NCBI GenBank assembly: GCA_050633245.1
Contig: JBOEGD010000011.1
Coordinates: 192,001-256,000 of the forward strand
Reading direction: 5' to 3'
Length of the DNA stretch: 64,000 bases
DNA from: Calditrichia bacterium
Lineage (GTDB): Bacteria; Calditrichota; Calditrichia; RBG-13-44-9; J075
The notes under the pieces are model-generated. The model saw only the letters and a list, made by a program, of their open reading frames with translations. It was not told where the DNA came from and searched no databases. A program made the position numbers and the translations under genes. Positions 57,400 through 64,000 of this stretch are shown one piece after another; position 1 is the stretch's first letter, and each line of letters begins with the position of its first letter.

Positions 57400-58689
57400 A
57401 TGCGTTTAACGGAAAAGGAAAAAACTGATTACCTTTCTAATTTAGTTGCCATTTCACGAATTGATGGTAAGCTTACCGCTTCCGAGGAAAATCAGCTTGG
57501 CGAGATTCAAAAGCGTATTCGAGCGAAGAAATCCCAACTAAACACAGCAGTGCAAATGGCAGAAAAACAAGGCTTTCAGCCACAAGTTTTCGAGTCATTC
57601 TCGGCTCAAGTGTCAAACTTGGAAGATATGGTTTATATAGCATTTATCGATGGAGACCTAGATGAGGCAGAGAAGAATTTTTTGATGAACTATTCCCAAA
57701 AAATTGGAATAGCTTTGCCCCAATTTAAAGCCATTGTTCAATCTGTTCAGAAGAACCTGGAGGCAGTTAAAGAGGCTAAGGATTGCCCTAAATGTAAATC
57801 TCCAGCCCAAGGCACAGCCAAGTTCTGTGCAAACTGCGGATCCTCTCTTGAAAATATTAGTCGTGACGATCAAGTATTATCTACCACATATCAAATTCCT
57901 AATAACGGTATCACCATAGAATTCGCTGAATCGACCGGTGCTGGATTTCCAAATGCTATTGAAATCTATAACACAGCGCCAATTAAAGCTGAAAGCGTCA
58001 AAGGGAAAAAGACTTGGTACATGGCTTCGTGGCCAAGCAATCAAATGCCGGAAGTGTTAAAGATCGTCGAGGCTCTTTCAGGTCTAAGAAACAGAGCAGT
58101 TTATTTAAATGGTGAAAAAGGCAACTGGACTGACGTATTTAGTTTTTCATACTGCTATAACCGCAGAAATAGTGCGTATAGGCCATTCGAGTACTGCTTT
58201 GGTCTTGGAGAAAAGAGATTGAATATTTGGGGTTGCCAACTTGCTCGGATGGATTGGGCCCATTGGGCGGACTGGTTTTCATATGGAAAGTATGTAGAAT
58301 TAGGTGGTGATAAGGTCAAGTTTGTTTTTGACAAAGACAGAATTAAACATGAATTACAAAACAACTTATTTGGCGCCCGCCTTTGTCCACACATGAATAG
58401 TAAATTAGTAGCTGCAATATTATCGGAATTCCCTGACGAAGTTTTTCCAACTATTAAAGATGGTCCTTGGCACTTTAGAAGAGATTACGCTGATTCTCCA
58501 GGAGCCATAAAAATCACTGTCTCAGAGGGGAGTGGTGACTGGGAGTTCAGAACAGAGTATTATTCCTCAGCGGTAGAACCAGCAGATTCTAGTGTAGGTC
58601 TCAAAATCCTTCGTAACGCTTTAGAAAAAGCTCAAATTGCTAGTGACAACTTTGCTGGAGTATTGCAATACAAAGGAGTAGAGGAATAA
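57400..58689 (+). CDS. TerB-like domain, double zinc ribbon and an unknown Cys-containing C-terminal domain
   Basis: IDGKLTASEE and FIDGDLDEAEK (TerB repeats), CPKC...FCANCG, and later CY..R...CFG...WGC...CP. Confidence 0.8.
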   Translation: MRLTEKEKTDYLSNLVAISRIDGKLTASEENQLGEIQKRIRAKKSQLNTAVQMAEKQGFQPQVFESFSAQVSNLEDMVYIAFIDGDLDEAEKNFLMNYSQKIGIALPQFKAIVQSVQKNLEAVKEAKDCPKCKSPAQGTAKFCANCGSSLENISRDDQVLSTTYQIPNNGITIEFAESTGAGFPNAIEIYNTAPIKAESVKGKKTWYMASWPSNQMPEVLKIVEALSGLRNRAVYLNGEKGNWTDVFSFSYCYNRRNSAYRPFEYCFGLGEKRLNIWGCQLARMDWAHWADWFSYGKYVELGGDKVKFVFDKDRIKHELQNNLFGARLCPHMNSKLVAAILSEFPDEVFPTIKDGPWHFRRDYADSPGAIKITVSEGSGDWEFRTEYYSSAVEPADSSVGLKILRNALEKAQIASDNFAGVLQYKGVEE

Positions 58690-58812
58690 ATCATGAAGAT
58701 TAGTATTAATATCGGTCGCCACCTATAAAATTAAAGGCTATGTGAGCAGTGCGGGGTGGATGTGGTTTACATTTTTACAAAGAATGTGAGTTGGTTGAAT
58801 AAGGAGATTCAG

Positions 58813-59961
58813 GTGGAAAATTGGTTTTATTATCTGATTGCGGGTACAATCATCTATCAGATCGGCAAGTATTCTACAAGCTCACAAATAAGAGATTTGG
58901 GAAAGAAAAAAGAAGCTGCGATGGATGGACTACGAAAAGCCGTGGTCCGAATTGAATATTACAGAGGGTTGTTTGAGTCCGCATTGACAGATTTAAAAAA
59001 AGATTCGGTACTACTACCCCGACTTGCTCATTGGGCTGAAGCCGTCCAAAAACATCATGATGAAGTCCTCGCTGATTTATTAGAGACCAAAAAGCGACCA
59101 GCGTATAAAGCCGCGGATGTGGTTCGAGAAGTCAAATCAGAAGCGAGACTACGAAAAAAAGAGTTGGATGTCGCTTTGAATCGAGTCAGCTTATATGAAT
59201 CACTTGCTCCATGGCTCATCGAGTATACTGACATACCATTGGATGAAATGTTGGACTCCTTGAGGTATGACAAGCGTCAAGAAGAAATGCATGCTTCTTC
59301 CGAGGATCCAGTATCGTTATATGTGCCTAAATCTGAGTGGCAATTGATGTCGGTTGCAGAAAGAGATCAATTAGCTCTAGATCGTTATTGTAATCCATCC
59401 AGGAAAAAAAGTCCTTGGGCAGCAGGAATTGAATATGAACGATATATTGGGTATTTATTTGAGAAAAAAGGTTACCAAGTAAATTATTTTGGTGCAACAA
59501 AGGGCAAGGAAGATCTGGGTATTGACTTAGTTTGCTCAAGTCCTATTCAGATACTTATCATTCAGTGCAAAAGACTCTCAGCCGAGAAGGGGATTCCAGT
59601 AAGAGAAAATGTAATAGCGCAAATCTATGGTAGTGCTATGTATTATAAAATGACACACAAAGTCACCGCTGCGATCAAGCCGGTTTTATTTACAACCTAT
59701 GAGCTTTCTGAGGAAGCCAGAAAGTTTGCAATTTTTCTCGGTGTGCAGGTTAGAGAACATACCGAAATCAAGCCATATCCTATGATTAAATGCAATATTT
59801 CTAAAAGAACCGGTGAAAAGATCTACCACTTGCCCTTTGATCAACAATATGACAAGGTAATTATAGGTGATGTAGATGGTGAATTTTATGCTAATAATAT
59901 CAATGAAGCTCAGAGAGCCGGATTTAGACGTGCTTTCAGATGGAAGGGGGCTGCTGTTTAG
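58813..59961 (+). CDS. Membrane-anchored Mrr-like PD-(D/E)XK (type IV-like) endonuclease
   Basis: GTG after AAGGAG, N-terminal hydrophobic segment, YERYI...GY.V...D.GIDL...IQCK, C-terminal IKCNI...KIYHLP...EA..AGFR domain. Confidence 0.82.
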   Translation: MENWFYYLIAGTIIYQIGKYSTSSQIRDLGKKKEAAMDGLRKAVVRIEYYRGLFESALTDLKKDSVLLPRLAHWAEAVQKHHDEVLADLLETKKRPAYKAADVVREVKSEARLRKKELDVALNRVSLYESLAPWLIEYTDIPLDEMLDSLRYDKRQEEMHASSEDPVSLYVPKSEWQLMSVAERDQLALDRYCNPSRKKSPWAAGIEYERYIGYLFEKKGYQVNYFGATKGKEDLGIDLVCSSPIQILIIQCKRLSAEKGIPVRENVIAQIYGSAMYYKMTHKVTAAIKPVLFTTYELSEEARKFAIFLGVQVREHTEIKPYPMIKCNISKRTGEKIYHLPFDQQYDKVIIGDVDGEFYANNINEAQRAGFRRAFRWKGAAV

Positions 59962-60005
59962 CCACCAGCTTTCGGTTTAAAGAGGAAAACTAAAGAGATT
60001 ATAAT

Positions 60006-60824
60006 ATGCCAATTAAAGAGTTTTTAGAAGAATACCCGCTATATAAAAAATACACAGAGGTCACTATTCCTATTAGTTTCAAAGCACTTGCCAAAGATGC
60101 GGTTAAGATGCATTGTCCAAATTGCAGTGAGAAACATACATTCAATTGGTATTTGGAACATCATTACGGTCACTATTCACATATCAAGACTTTACAAACA
60201 GGTGGACAAATAGTGCGTTGCGTATATCTCTGCACCCATTGCTCAAAATTCAAGAGATACTTTGCCGTTAAAATTGCCGATGATCGAACTTGGTTTATGA
60301 AAGTTGGTCAATTCCCTCCCTGGGATATCTCTGGAAATATAAACATTGAGAACATTTTGGGCGAGTACGCAAACTTTTATAAAAAGGGTCTAATTAATGA
60401 ATCACAAGGATATGGCATAGGCGCTTTCGGCTACTACCGGAGGATCGTTGAAGAAACGATAGACAAATTATTAGACGAAATAACTGAGTTAATTGTTGGA
60501 GATAAACTTGCTGAATACCAGACTGCATTGGATGCAACTAAGAAAACAACCATTACTACTGAGAAAATTAACTTAGTCAAAGATCTTCTGCCACCTATAT
60601 TGAGACCAGATGGAATGAATCCACTTTCAGAACTACACTCGACCTTAAGTGATGGCCTTCATGCAAGATCCGACGATGAGTGTTTGAAATATGCGGCTAC
60701 ATGCCGTGAAATCCTTGTTTTCCTGGTTGATCAAGTTGCAGCAAGCAGAGAAGCAGCAAAGAGCTTCACGCAAAACATGAAAAAGTTATTAGAGAGAAAA
60801 AGCAAAAGGCTCCCGGAGAATTAA
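60006..60824 (+). CDS. Zinc-ribbon plus helical DUF4145/HEPN-like protein
   Basis: CPNC...CTHC, GAFGYYRRIVE, LSDGLH...DECL. Confidence 0.6.
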   Translation: MPIKEFLEEYPLYKKYTEVTIPISFKALAKDAVKMHCPNCSEKHTFNWYLEHHYGHYSHIKTLQTGGQIVRCVYLCTHCSKFKRYFAVKIADDRTWFMKVGQFPPWDISGNINIENILGEYANFYKKGLINESQGYGIGAFGYYRRIVEETIDKLLDEITELIVGDKLAEYQTALDATKKTTITTEKINLVKDLLPPILRPDGMNPLSELHSTLSDGLHARSDDECLKYAATCREILVFLVDQVAASREAAKSFTQNMKKLLERKSKRLPEN

Positions 60825-61001
60825 ATGCGAGCTAGGCTCCGGCTGTCTAGAATTGATGATCGTAGAATCACGAAGTTAAGCACCACCAGAAGTTAAAATC
60901 TCCCCAACATACTCGAGTATCGAGACTATAATACATTTCTATCTACATGTAAAAGGTGATGTTGCTGCTATAGTTACTGGAATCCAACAGGAATATGCGA
61001 T

Positions 61002-63488
61002 ATGAAAAGTGATCTTGAGATTTTAAAGGAGCTTGAGAAAGAGATTGGATCTTCAATAAAGGTTCGCACCTCTAAGAATGAATCGCTAACTATGCTCGAA
61101 AACGATGACAATGTCTTCGGCGATGTGGTGAAACTAGATAAAATTGGGCCTACTAGTCGAGTGGCTATAACCAACAAAAGTCGTCAAGTCATACGTTTAT
61201 ATCTTAATAATTTACATCTTACTGAATTACCATTGGCAATATTTAAGTTGACCGGGTTGGAAATTATTTTTTTCTATGATAACGAACTTGTACTGATTCA
61301 AAAAGAAATTGAAAACTTAGTAAATTTGGTCGGTATATGTATAGCTAGACAGGATCACCTAAAGGAGATACCGAAGGAGCTAATTTACCTCCCGAATCTC
61401 CGACTTTTGTATGTAGAAGCTTTATCCTCACTAGTATATCCCCCCAAGGAAATTGCCAATCAGGGCCTTGAGGCAATCCGTAACTACATCGATTCTTTAG
61501 AGCAAGCAGATGAGGTTGATTACCTCTATGAATCAAAGATGGTTTTGGTGGGAAGAGGATTTGCGGGTAAAACAAGTCTTGTAAAAAAGCTTACTATTCC
61601 AAACTATAAATTAGAGCAAAAGATTGAAAGCACAGAAGGCATAGCTATTGACTCTTGGAATCTAAAGATGCCATTGGAGAATAGTGATCGCTTTAAGTTC
61701 AATATTTGGGATTTCGGTGGACAGGAAAAATATGATGCTACACACCAGTTCTTTATTACTGAACGAACTATATATCTATTTGTTACTGAAGCTCGGCAAG
61801 AAAGCAATTATCTGGATTTTGATTATTGGTTAAATATTATCCAAATGCTTGGAAGAGAGAGTCCTGTAATTATTGTCCAAAATAAGATAGATAAGAGAGA
61901 ACGGGCCATAGCCACTAAGAAGTTTCAATCGCAATTTCCTAATATTGTTGGCTTTGCAAATGTAAGTTGCGTAACTGGTCAGGAAAGAACGATACAAGAA
62001 CTGCGTAAACTTATCAAAGAAGCAGTAAGGAAGCTACCTCAGGTCGGCGATAAACTGCCCGGGGAATGGGTTGATGTTAGAAAAGAACTAGCGGCACTTA
62101 ATGTAGATCATATTACTTACAGTAAGTATTGTAATATTTGTAAAAAACATGGCTTGGATAAGAAGAAAGCTGATTTCTTGAGCCGCTACTTCCATGACTT
62201 GGGAGTTATTGTTCATCATCAAGATGATCCATTGTTAGAAAACTTGGTCGTTTTGAACCCTGATTGGGTTGTAGATGGCGTTTATAGTGTCCTCGACACA
62301 AAAAAAGTAGAACGACAGTTGGGTAGATTTAGTGATGCGGATTTAAAGAGTATATGGAAAAACAAGAAATACACTCGAAAGAGATTAGAACTTCTTGCAT
62401 TAATGAAAAACTATCAAATTTGTTTTGAGTTGCCTGAGAAAGGGAACTACATCGCCCCTGAGCTTCTTTCTGCAGATCCAACTGAGTACGAGCCAATAAA
62501 GACTTCAGGTAAACTGACTTTTATATACAGTTACACCTTTCTTCCAGCAGGATTGATTTCCAGGCTCATTGTAAAAATGCACAACCATCTTGAAAGTGAT
62601 AATTACTGGCGGCATGGTTTATTAGCTACATTCGAAGAAGCTCGTGCTGCTATTCTTGAAGATGACAAGGCGAGACAAATTCGTATTGTTATAGAAGGGC
62701 CTGACGATGCCAAAAGAGATTTGTTAGCTATTATACGAAAAAGCCTCCAGGACATTTATCAACAATTCAATCATAAGATTGAATATAAAGAATTAGTACC
62801 ATGTATTTGTCAAGAGTGTTGTTCTAAATTGGCAGATGTAGATGAACCTCATTTTTTTGACTGGAGTACTCTCCGCCGGTATGCTAGTAAACCCATAGAA
62901 AAAATTCGATGTGAAGTCTCTTTAGATGAGGTGAATGTTGCACAATTAATGGGGCGGATATCCAATCCTCGTAGTTACACTAGTGAATTTGTAGAAACTG
63001 TCTCAGCACCGCCAAGTGGAGAGGGTAATTCGATGGATAACAAAGCTTCACAGCCTCATGTGTTTATATCTTATTGCCATGATGACACCAAAGATGTCGA
63101 ACGCCTGCATTCTTCATTGACCTCAAACGGAATAGATGTATGGTGGGATAAAGAGATAATAGGTGGCCAGGACTGGAAGACGGAAATTCGCAAAGCGATG
63201 AAGAAAAGCACGACTGTTTTACTGTGCCTTTCTGAGAAGGCAATGGAGCGTCAGAAGAGCGGAATCTATCCTGAAGCATATGATGCGATTGCAGCCTACA
63301 GGCAGTATCGACCAGGAGAGATATTCCTGATACCTGTGCGACTGTCCAAGTGTGATATACCAGATATAGAAATTGATGATACAAGAACCCTGGACAGACT
63401 GCAGTATGTGGATTTGTTTCCCGATAGCAAATGGGATGAGAACTTTCAGAAGCTGCTAAAGGCGATTCAGGCGAGTGCGGGACAATAA
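61002..63488 (+). CDS. LRR-Roc-COR-TIR (Roco) protein
   Basis: LRRs (LYLNNLHLTELP), PP.EI..QG, P-loop GRGFAGKTS, STEG, WDFGGQ, NKID, COR (HDLG...P.W), C-terminal TIR (VFISYCHDD, VWWD, YPE, LIPVRL). Confidence 0.93.
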   Translation: MKSDLEILKELEKEIGSSIKVRTSKNESLTMLENDDNVFGDVVKLDKIGPTSRVAITNKSRQVIRLYLNNLHLTELPLAIFKLTGLEIIFFYDNELVLIQKEIENLVNLVGICIARQDHLKEIPKELIYLPNLRLLYVEALSSLVYPPKEIANQGLEAIRNYIDSLEQADEVDYLYESKMVLVGRGFAGKTSLVKKLTIPNYKLEQKIESTEGIAIDSWNLKMPLENSDRFKFNIWDFGGQEKYDATHQFFITERTIYLFVTEARQESNYLDFDYWLNIIQMLGRESPVIIVQNKIDKRERAIATKKFQSQFPNIVGFANVSCVTGQERTIQELRKLIKEAVRKLPQVGDKLPGEWVDVRKELAALNVDHITYSKYCNICKKHGLDKKKADFLSRYFHDLGVIVHHQDDPLLENLVVLNPDWVVDGVYSVLDTKKVERQLGRFSDADLKSIWKNKKYTRKRLELLALMKNYQICFELPEKGNYIAPELLSADPTEYEPIKTSGKLTFIYSYTFLPAGLISRLIVKMHNHLESDNYWRHGLLATFEEARAAILEDDKARQIRIVIEGPDDAKRDLLAIIRKSLQDIYQQFNHKIEYKELVPCICQECCSKLADVDEPHFFDWSTLRRYASKPIEKIRCEVSLDEVNVAQLMGRISNPRSYTSEFVETVSAPPSGEGNSMDNKASQPHVFISYCHDDTKDVERLHSSLTSNGIDVWWDKEIIGGQDWKTEIRKAMKKSTTVLLCLSEKAMERQKSGIYPEAYDAIAAYRQYRPGEIFLIPVRLSKCDIPDIEIDDTRTLDRLQYVDLFPDSKWDENFQKLLKAIQASAGQ

Positions 63489-63602
63489 CGATTGCGATAA
63501 GTGGTGTGGGTGTAGTGGTGGGGAAGAGTGGATAATATTGCCGATATTTTTGCACAATATAAACAAAATTACTTCCAAATGGACCTGAAATGGTGTATGT
63601 AA

Positions 63603-64000
63603 ATGCCTATATCTAATGAAATAGCCGCGCGGATTATCGTAGATATTGAAGATCTATTGGATAAATCATCCTCCGCTCTTTTAGCCTTAGCTGCAAATCA
63701 GTGGAGTGAAGTAACTAATGCAAGAGATCCAATAACATCAAAAAACAATCGAGACAATGAGTTCTTGCTAGATATAACTGTTGGAGCAGTTAGTACTGGC
63801 AATCGAGTAAACAAGATCTTAAAAAAGGTGATTCGGAGAGTAACTAAGGAAGTTGTTGGCAAAAATAGAGATATTAGTACAATCACATTCACATATATAA
63901 CTTTTGAGCTAATTCAATATTTGGAAACAAATTTGGAGTGGGAGTTTCAGCCAGAATATATATTACCTTTGAAGTTATTAGTAGTTCTGATTTATAGAAG
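63603..64000 (+). CDS. Hypothetical protein, partial (runs off the window end)
   Basis: Manually translated MPISNEIAARIIVDIEDLL..., open to the end of the window. Confidence 0.55.
   Translation, partial: MPISNEIAARIIVDIEDLLDKSSSALLALAANQWSEVTNARDPITSKNNRDNEFLLDITVGAVSTGNRVNKILKKVIRRVTKEVVGKNRDISTITFTYITFELIQYLETNLEWEFQPEYILPLKLLVVLIYR

Overview
Bacterial chromosomal window of moderate GC. Secretion-type C-terminal tails (NYPNPFNP / VFPNPW), a carboxypeptidase-like-domain TonB receptor and lipoproteins suggest an FCB-group organism, possibly Calditrichota-like (inference). (1) 1-12.0 kb: a minus-strand cluster of four B12-binding radical SAM paralogues, two GNAT-like proteins, a TonB-dependent receptor, a GH3 acyl-adenylate ligase and a secreted protein. 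This is the best candidate for an undescribed biosynthetic system. (2) 12.3-25.7 kb: housekeeping genes (S8 protease, coaE with a long tail, DEDD/GIY-YIG nuclease, M16 peptidase, a degenerate alanine dehydrogenase homologue, deacetylase, MerR, tRNA-Pro(GGG), GT2, pcm, DUF368, tRNA-Pro(CGG)). (3) 25.7-28.8 kb: two integrase-less cassettes, each closed by a copy of the tRNA-Pro(CGG) 3' end plus terminator. One carries a DUF433/PIN toxin-antitoxin pair and the other a TIR-2TM + 2TM pair. (4) 28.9-55.7 kb: secreted and metabolic genes, three tandem TolB-like lipoproteins, BlaI plus an M56-M23 fusion, and an ECF sigma factor. (5) 55.9-64 kb: an AT-rich accessory island with a decayed repressor region, a TerB/zinc-ribbon protein, an Mrr-like nuclease, a HEPN-like protein and an LRR-Roc-COR-TIR protein. 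All calls come from motif recognition by eye; no database searches were run.
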